The translations under genes were made by a program, and so were the position numbers. A stretch of 21,413 bases of DNA from positions 1 through 21,413 of the forward strand of contig JAEOUG010000139.1 in assembly GCA_016839445.1 (NCBI GenBank). Reading direction: 5' to 3'. The stretch's first letter is position 1, and the number at the start of each line of letters is the position of its first letter. Shown here piece after piece: positions 1-8,691 of the stretch. Source of the DNA: Candidatus Thorarchaeota archaeon (GTDB lineage Archaea > Asgardarchaeota > Thorarchaeia > Thorarchaeales > Thorarchaeaceae). The notes beneath the pieces are model-generated. The model was not told where the DNA came from, ran no database searches, and saw only the letters and a list, made by a program, of their open reading frames with translations.

Positions 1-151
1 CGGCTTCTACGGCATCGAGAGAAGACCCTCCCCTTTGAAGCGCCTTCATCCCCAAACGGGCGGAGGCACTGATTGCGGCAAGTATCTCTTTGTGGTGCTC
101 AGCATCGAAGGATGTAGCGCCTCCGTGAACAATGACAACTGGGAGTGCCAT
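1..151 (-). CDS. iaaA: Isoaspartyl peptidase / L-asparaginase (Asparaginase_2, Ntn-hydrolase), 5' part only; runs off the window start
   Basis: Not in the ORF track. My translation from the ATG at 151 gives MALPVVIVHGGATSFDAEHHKEILAAISASARLGMKALQRGGSSLDAVEA, matching the family N-terminal motifs IxxHGGA and GxSxLDAVE. A GGTG SD-like motif lies just upstream. Confidence 0.88.
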   Translation of the reverse strand, partial: MALPVVIVHGGATSFDAEHHKEILAAISASARLGMKALQRGGSSLDAVEA

Positions 152-221
152 GTCACACCGGGCTCATCGCGTAGTAAAAACCTATTCGCAATTGAGAATT
201 CGAGATGAATGGTTCAATCCA

Positions 222-255
222 TTTATATTCAGTCGCGACTCGAGGCGCTGGAGGA
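222..255 (+). promoter_or_regulatory. Putative archaeal TATA box (TTTATATT, 222-229) and SD (GGAGGA, 250-255) for the ABC operon
   Basis: AT-rich box about 37 nt before ATG 266, with an SD 10 nt before it. Supports a start at 266 rather than 209. Confidence 0.55.
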
Positions 256-265
256 CAGCGGGAAG

Positions 266-3034
266 ATGTTCAGATACGCCTTCAAGAGAGTCGCGCGCGG
301 CTACAAGCTCTTTCTCGCGCTGACCATCGGCATACTGGTCGCGACAACCTTTGTGTCCAGTCTCATCATATCAGCAGACGTGCAGACCAGCATTGTGCTC
401 GAAGATGCTCTTGAGGGCATTGACTACGACGCAAGGATCCAGGCCAACAATGTCACTTGGTCCTCAACAGAATGGAATGAGGTCAGTACAATCATTAACG
501 ACCTCCCTGAGGTCAGCGAACTCGATCGCTATGGCAAGATGAAATACGTGGCAAACGCCTCGGCTGGCATCATATTCGATATAGTGGGGTTAGAGCAACC
601 TAGTACCGTCTGGGATACGGTCCAGTGGATAAACGGCAGTACATCTCTCGGGCCCAACGAAACGTATGTTGTTGCCAGCTCTGTGAATGCGTCCAGGCTG
701 AGTGTTGGCCAGACAATCGAGGTACCTCTAAGCTACTTCACAACAGAGCTGCCCTACTTCGGCCAGACAACTATCAACTTGACGATTGCAGGATTCGTCG
801 ACATTCCTCTCACGACTGCGAGACTGCTCAATCCCCCAACATACATCAGTTTCGGTTTCATTCAGCTAGAACTCGGCAACTGGCGTCAGTATGATATCAT
901 GTTGACGGACTGGACCCAGACAATCCAGCCCATCATTGAGTGGTATTCAGGACAAGAGAATATCACCAGACTTCAGATGGAAACAGGCTTTCTCTGTCAA
1001 CTGAACAGAGACCTCCTGGTAAACCCCTATGATGTCGGTGGTTCGGCATCAAACATCGCCAACGCCATTGCCAAAATAGAGGACCGAACTGCAGCCTACA
1101 ACACCAACATACAGAACCTTGTTGGAGCCACTCTCGGCCTTCTCAGTCTTGCGTCCACGGTGCTTGTTCTCGGCTTTGTAGCATTAGCTGTTCCTGTGGT
1201 CTTCATGAGTTGGTACTCGTCGACGATGCTGAGTGAAGTGAGCTACAACCTTAGAAGGCGTGAGATTGGGCTCCTTCAGACCAAAGGTTTCGGTCCTGAT
1301 ACCATCAAGCGGATGCTGATAATCGAGGGACTAATCATTGGGATTATAGGCGGAGTTCTCGGGCTGTTCGCCGGAGGCGTAGTTGCTCAGTTCGTTTCAG
1401 GAGCTTCATTCAGTGTGACGTTTCGCATCCTGACAGGCAATGTCGTGAATGCCGCAGTCATCATCATCTTCGGTCTAATACTTGCATACTGGTCAATCAG
1501 GGGTCCTGCGGATAGAGCTGCCAGACTAGACCCCCTGGATAGCCTCAAGCAATACGTCCTGGTAGAGGAGCAGAGGGAATACAGAAAGCTGCTCCCTAGA
1601 ATCGCTCTGCTCCTCGGCTCCTACAAGATTATTGTATGGATGCTTGGGATAAGCATACAGACACTCCTTGCGTCTGCGCTGAACACAAGCTTCGTACTTG
1701 TGATAGCAATAGCAATCTGGTCGCCAATAGACCAATTCCTCAACTTCGCGGGTCCAATCCTCTTTCTCTATGGATTGACCAAGATTCTCATTCGAGGGTC
1801 GGAGAAGTTCCAGGAAACGATCATGCGATTGGGCAGAAGGTTCTTTGGCGCCTTCGGCACTCTGGCAACCAGGAACATCAAGAGGAATCCATCGCGCAAT
1901 GCAGCACTGGTGTTCGTGCTCTCATTGATTGTCTCATACGGCGTCTTCAGCGTGGGCGGGTTATTCTCAGAGCAGGACAGGATTCAACGCACTCACCTGT
2001 TCGACGTGGGTGCAGACGCCAATGCGGTGTTCAATCCCGGTGAGAACATGACGCTCATACAGGAGGAGATCCTTGGTATTGATGGCGTGCAAGACACTGC
2101 TGTTGAATACCATGTATCCCTGAGCACGACACGCGGAACTCTTCCAACCAGAGGCATAGACCCTCAGGATTGGCCAAGTGTAGCGTTCTACGAAGAGGCG
2201 TGGTTCTCTGGGCAGGCGCTCTCAGATATTCTGAGCAACTTCACAGGCCATAAGATCATCCTCTCAATTGCCGTGTCTCGACAGCTTGAACTTCGGCTCG
2301 GCAACTATGTGACCGTACGCGGTCCGAGCTCAGGCACTGTATATCAGCTCGAAGTGGTAGGATTCGTAGGGTATGCAAGCCCGTTCGAGTCGATTCTTGG
2401 GCAGTTTGCTTTCGGAGGTAGCTATCCTTCATACGTGCCTGCAGACTTCCTCAATGAGACCGGGATTGTGAGCTATGCAGATGCTCATGTGCTCATATCG
2501 ACCCAAGAGGGTCTCAACGGCACGTTGCTCGAAGAGCAGATTGTGACACAGCTACCACAGACGGCCAGTACAGACTCAGTGACCTCACGAATCATGGAGT
2601 ATGACCAAGCCAGCTATGAGGCGGCCAGCGGTAGAGCTAGAGTCCTCGGGATCTACTTCGCGGCTGCGCTGGCCATTCTCGGTACTGGCCTTGTTGTCGG
2701 ACTCACGCTAAAGGAGAAGGAGTATGAAATAACGTTGCTGGGAGTGCGTGGCTTCACGCGTGGCCAGACGATCAAAGTGCTCGTAGGCGAGGTCATGGTG
2801 ATGGTTCTCTTTGCGCTCATACTTGGCACCATGACAGGCTTCATCCAGCTCTTTGGGGACATCTCGAATACAAGCGAGAACTTGCAGACTCTGGTACGGC
2901 CACGGATCATAACATCGCTTCCGGCAGTCCTTGGTATGCTGGGAATCGTGTTCGCCATTGTCATGTCATCATTGATACCACTGCTACTCTCAACCAGATT
3001 CACGGAGGAGAAGGTAGACGTACTGAGAGAATAG
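266..3034 (+). CDS. ABC transporter permease, FtsX/MacB-like (type VII), two fused permease repeats
   Basis: Two repeats of TM + large extracellular domain + 3 TM. FtsX motifs RRREIGLLQTKGF and KEKEYEITLLGVRGFTRGQ, with linker RNIKRNPSR. Start moved to ATG 266 (MFRYAFKR). Confidence 0.92.
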   Translation: MFRYAFKRVARGYKLFLALTIGILVATTFVSSLIISADVQTSIVLEDALEGIDYDARIQANNVTWSSTEWNEVSTIINDLPEVSELDRYGKMKYVANASAGIIFDIVGLEQPSTVWDTVQWINGSTSLGPNETYVVASSVNASRLSVGQTIEVPLSYFTTELPYFGQTTINLTIAGFVDIPLTTARLLNPPTYISFGFIQLELGNWRQYDIMLTDWTQTIQPIIEWYSGQENITRLQMETGFLCQLNRDLLVNPYDVGGSASNIANAIAKIEDRTAAYNTNIQNLVGATLGLLSLASTVLVLGFVALAVPVVFMSWYSSTMLSEVSYNLRRREIGLLQTKGFGPDTIKRMLIIEGLIIGIIGGVLGLFAGGVVAQFVSGASFSVTFRILTGNVVNAAVIIIFGLILAYWSIRGPADRAARLDPLDSLKQYVLVEEQREYRKLLPRIALLLGSYKIIVWMLGISIQTLLASALNTSFVLVIAIAIWSPIDQFLNFAGPILFLYGLTKILIRGSEKFQETIMRLGRRFFGAFGTLATRNIKRNPSRNAALVFVLSLIVSYGVFSVGGLFSEQDRIQRTHLFDVGADANAVFNPGENMTLIQEEILGIDGVQDTAVEYHVSLSTTRGTLPTRGIDPQDWPSVAFYEEAWFSGQALSDILSNFTGHKIILSIAVSRQLELRLGNYVTVRGPSSGTVYQLEVVGFVGYASPFESILGQFAFGGSYPSYVPADFLNETGIVSYADAHVLISTQEGLNGTLLEEQIVTQLPQTASTDSVTSRIMEYDQASYEAASGRARVLGIYFAAALAILGTGLVVGLTLKEKEYEITLLGVRGFTRGQTIKVLVGEVMVMVLFALILGTMTGFIQLFGDISNTSENLQTLVRPRIITSLPAVLGMLGIVFAIVMSSLIPLLLSTRFTEEKVDVLRE

Positions 3035-3044
3035 AGGTGCTTGA

Positions 3045-3929
3045 ATGGTTAGCTACATTGAAACAAACGATCTAGTGAAGGTGTACAGACTCGGGAACGT
3101 GGAAGTGCAAGCCCTACGAGGGCTCTCGATGAAGGTAGAACAAGGAGAAGTGATTGCCATCGTAGGACCAAGCGGATCAGGCAAGACTACCCTGTTAAAC
3201 ATCATCGGCGGGCTGACCACGGCCACAGCAGGTAGGACCTGGGTTGAGGGCAAGGAAATCACGAATGCGTCTCCAGCACAGCTTGGCTATTTGCGCCAGA
3301 AGATGGTAGGCCATATCTTCCAGACTCTGAACCTGATTCCCACGCTGACAGCTTTCGAAAACGTAGAGCTCCCTATGCTGGCAATAAAGACTCCAGCAGC
3401 GGAGAGAAAGAAGCGCGTCGAGGGACTGCTGACTCGCGTGGGTCTGGAACTGAGGATGCACCACAAACCGGATGAACTCAGCGGCGGAGAAAAGCAGAGA
3501 GTAGCGATTGCATCTGCACTGGCTAACGACCCTCCGATTCTCATTGCGGACGAACCCACAGGCGACCTTGATACTGATACGGGTGCCAAGATTGTGAGGT
3601 TCCTCTTGGAGATCAACAAGGAAATGGGCAAGACAGTCCTGATAGTCACACACGACCCTGGGATCGCTCGGCAGACGGACCGCATCTATCGTATCATGGA
3701 TGGGCAGATAGTGTCCATTCAGAAGCCCAGCGAGTCCGAGGAGTCAAACATTGAGGTCATGCTTCAGATGTACAAGGACAGGCTGCAGGAAACCAACGCA
3801 GAACTGGACGACATCATGACCATGTTCAAGGAACAGAGAATCGATCCAGACAACTTCGCCGAACGGTGGCACAATCTCCATCAGACGAAGAGCTTCCTAG
3901 AACAAGAACTCCACAGGATGGGTTTCTAG
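3045..3929 (+). CDS. ABC transporter ATP-binding protein, LolD/MacB-type, with ~65 aa C-terminal helical extension
   Basis: Walker A GPSGSGKTT, signature LSGGEKQRVAIA, Walker B ILIADEPTGDLD, H-loop VTHD. SD GAGGTG at 3034-3039. Confidence 0.96.
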   Translation: MVSYIETNDLVKVYRLGNVEVQALRGLSMKVEQGEVIAIVGPSGSGKTTLLNIIGGLTTATAGRTWVEGKEITNASPAQLGYLRQKMVGHIFQTLNLIPTLTAFENVELPMLAIKTPAAERKKRVEGLLTRVGLELRMHHKPDELSGGEKQRVAIASALANDPPILIADEPTGDLDTDTGAKIVRFLLEINKEMGKTVLIVTHDPGIARQTDRIYRIMDGQIVSIQKPSESEESNIEVMLQMYKDRLQETNAELDDIMTMFKEQRIDPDNFAERWHNLHQTKSFLEQELHRMGF

Positions 3930-4486
3930 GCCGTAGCGGCAGGCTCGAGAGGGCGCCTCTTGTCATATAGATAGGCAACGAAGAATACGAGAACTGCAAC
4001 CGCGAGGCTCCCTCCAACGACGACCGGAAGCGTCACCAGCGGATTCGGTGGAGGATCAACGCCCACAGAGGCGGTCACAAAGACATCGTACGTTGACCTC
4101 GAGTTGTTCTCCATGTCGAAGGCGAGAAGAGTGACTCTGAAGACCCCATCATTGGGCAACGCGGCAACATCTCGCTCGTATAGTTCGGACGTACCGTTGT
4201 AGGTCATGGCATCACGAATAGTTGCATTTGGTCCCGTCACTATGAGTGTGACATTCCTGACTCCCGACCCACCTTCATCGTCTGTCACGTTGGCCCAGAC
4301 CGAGAATGGTTCGAGAAGCTGCGGACTGCCTTCAATCCCCCAGGCCCAGATTGTTGGCCTTGTCTCATCCTGGCTCACAGTGAAGGACCGCTTGGAATCT
4401 GTGGCGGGACTGTGACTCAGCAGTGCAAGACCACCCAGAGTCATGATCACAAACCCCAGCAGCAGGATGATTCTTCTCGGCTTCAT
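3926..4486 (-). CDS. Hypothetical membrane-anchored surface protein (N-terminal signal/TM, beta-rich Ig-like domain, C-terminal TM)
   Basis: Likely start MKPRRIILLLG at 4486 (ORF open to 4549). Contains VWANVTDDEGGSGVRNVTL, NxT sequons, a Pro-rich linker, and a C-terminal TM followed by KRR. Confidence 0.75.
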   Translation of the reverse strand: MKPRRIILLLGFVIMTLGGLALLSHSPATDSKRSFTVSQDETRPTIWAWGIEGSPQLLEPFSVWANVTDDEGGSGVRNVTLIVTGPNATIRDAMTYNGTSELYERDVAALPNDGVFRVTLLAFDMENNSRSTYDVFVTASVGVDPPPNPLVTLPVVVGGSLAVAVLVFFVAYLYDKRRPLEPAATA

Positions 4487-4564
4487 GACAATCGAGAGTT
4501 GGCTCTCAAATTCCCTAATTAGGGCGTCCATTAGCGCACGAAGGACCATCTATCGGAAACGTGA

Positions 4565-5164
4565 CTATTGCGGTTGGTCCGTAGAATCCTCGGCGTGAGA
4601 TCCAAGAATCAGGTAGCGCGGGACTGCCTTCAGGTACTCTCGATAGATATCGCCATAGCGCTGTAGGCAGTATTGCTCTTCTTCAAGAATCCGAACCCGA
4701 CCCAAGCCACTAGCGAGCAAGCCGACAATGAACGCTGTCCACGAACCCACAATGAGACTGATACCTGACATGACGATGAAGATCGACAAGACCTGAGGGT
4801 TGCGAGAGAAGCGGTAGAATCCCTTCGTTATGGGTTGGTCCAAGGGTGCGGCCCTGAAGCTTATCAAAGCGGCGGCAAAGCCCAACATGCCGAAGCAATA
4901 GACTACAAGCCCCAGATAGAACGCTGTTGTACCAATCGCAAGGGGTGTGAGAATGAGTAGCAGGAGCATCACAAGCGAGCAACCCTTACCAATGGTGAAG
5001 ACCACACGGTGCCGTCGAGTCCACTGAGAGTGATCGTACTCAAAGAGCCGCCCCCTTCGGTCTCTTGGGAAGGACAACACCATTACTAGCTCAAGAAGCC
5101 AGAAGGCCGCCAGAGGGATCCACCCAGTCAGAAGAATGAGCTGAAGTGATGGGAAGAGCTCCAT
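4565..5164 (-). CDS. Isoprenylcysteine carboxyl methyltransferase / phospholipid methyltransferase (ICMT/PEMT) family membrane protein
   Basis: Multi-TM protein with ITKGFYRFSRNPQ and EEEQYCLQRYGDIYREYLKAVPRY family motifs. Start probably MELFPSL (5164); ORF open to 5191. Confidence 0.85.
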   Translation of the reverse strand: MELFPSLQLILLTGWIPLAAFWLLELVMVLSFPRDRRGRLFEYDHSQWTRRHRVVFTIGKGCSLVMLLLLILTPLAIGTTAFYLGLVVYCFGMLGFAAALISFRAAPLDQPITKGFYRFSRNPQVLSIFIVMSGISLIVGSWTAFIVGLLASGLGRVRILEEEQYCLQRYGDIYREYLKAVPRYLILGSHAEDSTDQPQ

Positions 5165-5331
5165 TCCAGGTACAATGAACATCTCTTGCACCGATACTAT
5201 GTCTATGATTCAGGATTTGTATCCTTCCATCCTTTCTGGCCGGTATTCCCTACCTCCTCATCCTAAACTCGCTACTTGAACTCAACCGATGGTGAGAGAG
5301 CATCTTGTGAGCAGCGACGCGCCAGAGTCCT

Positions 5332-8300
5332 TCAAGGTCCAGTCGGATTGATTACCACCTGGTCCTCTTCAAGCCAACAGAAGTCTGTGTCGAACTCACT
5401 CAAGCCAATGTCAGAGAAATGCTCTCGAATCTCACCGTACTCCTGTTTCCGCTTCTCAACATCAGACGCCATCCTCTTGGCATTCACAAGCAATGCGCCA
5501 ATCGTCTTCTTCTCTGGGAGCAGTTCGCCAGTTAGAGACCGTTCCGCCAGACGTGCTGCTTCAAGAATCGTTTCCCATGCTTCGTCACTTCTTCCGCTCC
5601 TGAGCAGCATTCCACTCAGGTTGTTCAGAGAGTTAACAAGGCCATATGCAAACTCGACTGGTGACTGGTCTGCAAGCTGTCTTCTTGATGCAACTGCAGC
5701 CTGAAGATGCTGCTCGGATTCTTCCAGCCTGCCGAGCCTGCACAACAGGATTCCCAAGTTGCTTGCGGTGGACGCATACTCGTTGTTGAACATCTGAGGA
5801 CACGTTTCCGCAAGTCTTCGCTTGATATCATGAGCCCTTCTCAGATGTTTCTCGGCATCAGAGAGATTCTCAGTCTGAATTCTGAGCAGTCCCAAGTTGT
5901 TGTGTAGGGATCCAAGCAGATCCGAGACCATGAGAGTTTCTGGATGCTTCTCAGCTTCTTCCTGAGTCATTTCAACGGCCTCTTGGAAGGATCTTTCAGC
6001 AGAATCCAGCTGACCTCCGAGCCTGAGGATGACGCCTCTGTTGCACAGGAGAGCCGCCTTCTTGTAGCTTGGGAAGTCTGGAATTCGGTGACTGATCGCT
6101 TCGGATAACTGTAAAGCCTCCAACGATAGGTCAAGGGCCTCATCGGCTCTCCCCAGTAGTGCCAGAATCGTGGAGTAGTCGGAGAGAGTCCAGAGAAGGA
6201 TCTTTCCGTAAATCTCTGGAGTGGCCTCATTGAAGGGTCTGACTTCCTCTAGGGACTGCCTGTAGACCTTCTCAGCACGATCGTACTCCCGAAGGGCGAA
6301 AAGGACCGAAGCGTAATTGCTCAAGGCGATAGAGGCACACCAAGGAACATCCGGGTTCTCCTCTCTTGCTTTGAGCATCGAGTCCAGGCATGCTTTGTAT
6401 TGCACTTCTGCCTCTTGTGCTCGGCCTGTGAGGCGCAGCGCTTCTCCCAGCACTCCTCTTGCACCCGCCTTCATATCGACGGACAACGAGGAGTCCAGAA
6501 TGTCTCTTACGAGAGATTCTGCCTCCGATGGCTTGCCCAGCATGAGGCGGATTATGGAGAGATTACCTTTGGAGTGCTCCACGTACTCACTTGCCTGTAG
6601 CTTGAGTGTCTCTGGCGCGGTCGAGTCCTCATCCAGCATGTCACTCAACTCGATAGCCCGCACCAGAGCTGCTTCGCACGAGTTCTCAGCTTCTCGAAGT
6701 CTGTATTGGCTCCACATCAACATGCCATGTCCACGGAGACTTGCCCACCTGATGCTCTTGTCGAAGCGCAGCACCCTTGAGTGGGGGTCTATCCCTTCAC
6801 AGGACGCTATTGCCTCATCATAGAATCTCTCACCTTCCTTGTGTCTTCCCGTCCTGGTGAGAAGCAATGCGAGCCCGCTGCATGCAAGAGCAACAAACAC
6901 CGCCTGTGAGGATCCCTTCTCAGCCACTAGATCCTGGGCAAGAGCCAGGGCCTCTCGCAATACGTGCTCGGATTCTGCGACTCTTTCTTCAATCAAGTAG
7001 GTCCAGCCAAGAGCGTATGCGTAGACGATGTTGCCCCTTGGAGAATCCAAGCGCAGTGGACCTGTCACGAGGGGAGTCAGGTCACGCCGGAACTGCACAA
7101 GGTTGAACACCTCGAACAAGCGCCCAATTCCGCGATCTTCGTCGGCCAAGAACTCAACTGAGATCGCGTGACTCAATAGCGAGGGATCAGGCTCGCTGGC
7201 GTAAGCCGATTCCAGAAGTGTGACGATCTCTCTTGCGAGAGCACGTACTCCTTCCCCAAGTTCTGTCAAGACAAGGTTCTTGGCCAAGTCGTGAAGAACG
7301 AAAGTTCCATCGTCTCTTCCCCTGACGAAGCTAAGTCGAGTAATCCGGTCCCAGTAATCAGATGTCAGCTTTGGGGCTACAATGCCCAGCAACCGGCGAT
7401 TGAAGAAGGGCAGCAACCCGGCCCTGTTGATGAAGTCGTGAAGCCCTTCTGCTTCGCCAAACAGCCGTCTCCAGGTCTTCAAACGTACCTCTTCGAGTGT
7501 TTCTGCTCGTAGTTCATCTATTTCCGATCCGGACAGCTCTTCTGCTTCCATTATGTCACAGATGGCATCGATAACGAAGGGATTCCCGCCACTCACGTTG
7601 ACAATCTTACTAGAGAGGATTTCAGATTCTACATTTCGCAGTCGGAGCAGCTCTCTGCAGCTGTTTCGGTCAAGCTCAAGAAGCTCCTCACTCTCAATCG
7701 AATCAGCGATCTGCTTCGGAGCCTCGAATCTGCTCGCCAGGACTCCGACACAATTCTGAAGAGAGGCCAAAAAGGCGTACCAGAGCTCTGCCTCGGTTAT
7801 CCTTTTACCTTTGTACATCCACTTCGGTTTCTCGGCGTCTGCAATCTCGAACTGGTCAAACAGAAACAGCAACGACTTGTCAGACTTACGTTGGTTCAAG
7901 TCCTCAAGGAGAGCGTCCATGTAGAGGAACTCTGCGTGCCTAGGTTCCTTCCAGAGTACCTCAAGTAGGCGAGACATGTAGTCCTCACCAAGACGGGATG
8001 ACAGCCAGCTACCGATGTCACCATACCGTTCTCTGATCTTCGGCGCTACCTTCTTACCGACAGCAGAAATTGCGCCACCAATTGCAGCGATTGACCCGAC
8101 AAAGGGGATTGCAGCAAGTACTTCTTTAGCCCACTCCCGCCCCGATTCTGCAGCTGGTTCAACTCCCTCCACGAACCGCTTCCGAATGTGCCACAAGAAG
8201 TCGAAGCGGCGCAACCGAACACCAAGCCTGACGGCAGCTCTTGATACTACGTCTAGTCTACTCCAATAGTCCTGGTGCTGCTCGAAATCAATCTGTACGC

Positions 8301-8478
8301 TCTCACTGACCTCTTTGCCCCACTTCGCCAGCAGTGAGCTCTTGCCGATACCACCTATGCCTCTAAGATGTAGCACGACAGACTTGTCTCTGCATCTCTC
8401 AAGGGCATCTCTCATCCATTCAAGGTAGGCTTCCCTATTGACAAAGACACGATCGGCGGGTTCGTAATGCTCGTACAT
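5332..8478 (-). CDS. STAND-like P-loop NTPase with C-terminal TPR array (NLR-like architecture)
   Basis: FVNRE pre-P-loop, Walker A GIGGIGKS, Walker B LLFLFDQFE, sensor VLASR, GxP motif SGGNPF, winged-helix LHDL, followed by many TPR repeats (e.g. LHNNLGLL...AEKHLRRA, TASNLGILL, SLNNLSGML). Confidence 0.88.
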   Translation of the reverse strand: MYEHYEPADRVFVNREAYLEWMRDALERCRDKSVVLHLRGIGGIGKSSLLAKWGKEVSESVQIDFEQHQDYWSRLDVVSRAAVRLGVRLRRFDFLWHIRKRFVEGVEPAAESGREWAKEVLAAIPFVGSIAAIGGAISAVGKKVAPKIRERYGDIGSWLSSRLGEDYMSRLLEVLWKEPRHAEFLYMDALLEDLNQRKSDKSLLFLFDQFEIADAEKPKWMYKGKRITEAELWYAFLASLQNCVGVLASRFEAPKQIADSIESEELLELDRNSCRELLRLRNVESEILSSKIVNVSGGNPFVIDAICDIMEAEELSGSEIDELRAETLEEVRLKTWRRLFGEAEGLHDFINRAGLLPFFNRRLLGIVAPKLTSDYWDRITRLSFVRGRDDGTFVLHDLAKNLVLTELGEGVRALAREIVTLLESAYASEPDPSLLSHAISVEFLADEDRGIGRLFEVFNLVQFRRDLTPLVTGPLRLDSPRGNIVYAYALGWTYLIEERVAESEHVLREALALAQDLVAEKGSSQAVFVALACSGLALLLTRTGRHKEGERFYDEAIASCEGIDPHSRVLRFDKSIRWASLRGHGMLMWSQYRLREAENSCEAALVRAIELSDMLDEDSTAPETLKLQASEYVEHSKGNLSIIRLMLGKPSEAESLVRDILDSSLSVDMKAGARGVLGEALRLTGRAQEAEVQYKACLDSMLKAREENPDVPWCASIALSNYASVLFALREYDRAEKVYRQSLEEVRPFNEATPEIYGKILLWTLSDYSTILALLGRADEALDLSLEALQLSEAISHRIPDFPSYKKAALLCNRGVILRLGGQLDSAERSFQEAVEMTQEEAEKHPETLMVSDLLGSLHNNLGLLRIQTENLSDAEKHLRRAHDIKRRLAETCPQMFNNEYASTASNLGILLCRLGRLEESEQHLQAAVASRRQLADQSPVEFAYGLVNSLNNLSGMLLRSGRSDEAWETILEAARLAERSLTGELLPEKKTIGALLVNAKRMASDVEKRKQEYGEIREHFSDIGLSEFDTDFCWLEEDQVVINPTGP

Positions 8479-8691
8479 CCACCCAACCCCAATGCACGCA
8501 CAGGTTTACCGTGGCAGACGTTTCACATAAGATAGTCGGTCAGCTGCTCGCGGTGGAGTAACCTGGCTGAACGTTCTGCTGATGAAAACGAAACACTGGG
8601 CACACCGGATTGTGGGAAGCGCGATACACTACCGGCACCTCCAGCAACCTTTTCTTGGCAACACTAGTAACTCTCAGGGGAGTTGTGACAG

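Noticed and set aside
209-265. Longer start for the ABC permease
   Set aside because: It spans the TATA-like box and SD; ATG 266 fits better.
3926-3929. Convergent genes sharing CTAG as overlapping stop codons (also an 11-nt convergent overlap at 20361-20371)
   Set aside because: Common in compact archaeal genomes.
5276-8269. Many plus-strand ORFs antisense to the STAND-TPR gene, and similar shadow ORFs throughout the window
   Set aside because: They lie wholly or largely opposite, or out of frame within, well-supported genes and carry no motifs.
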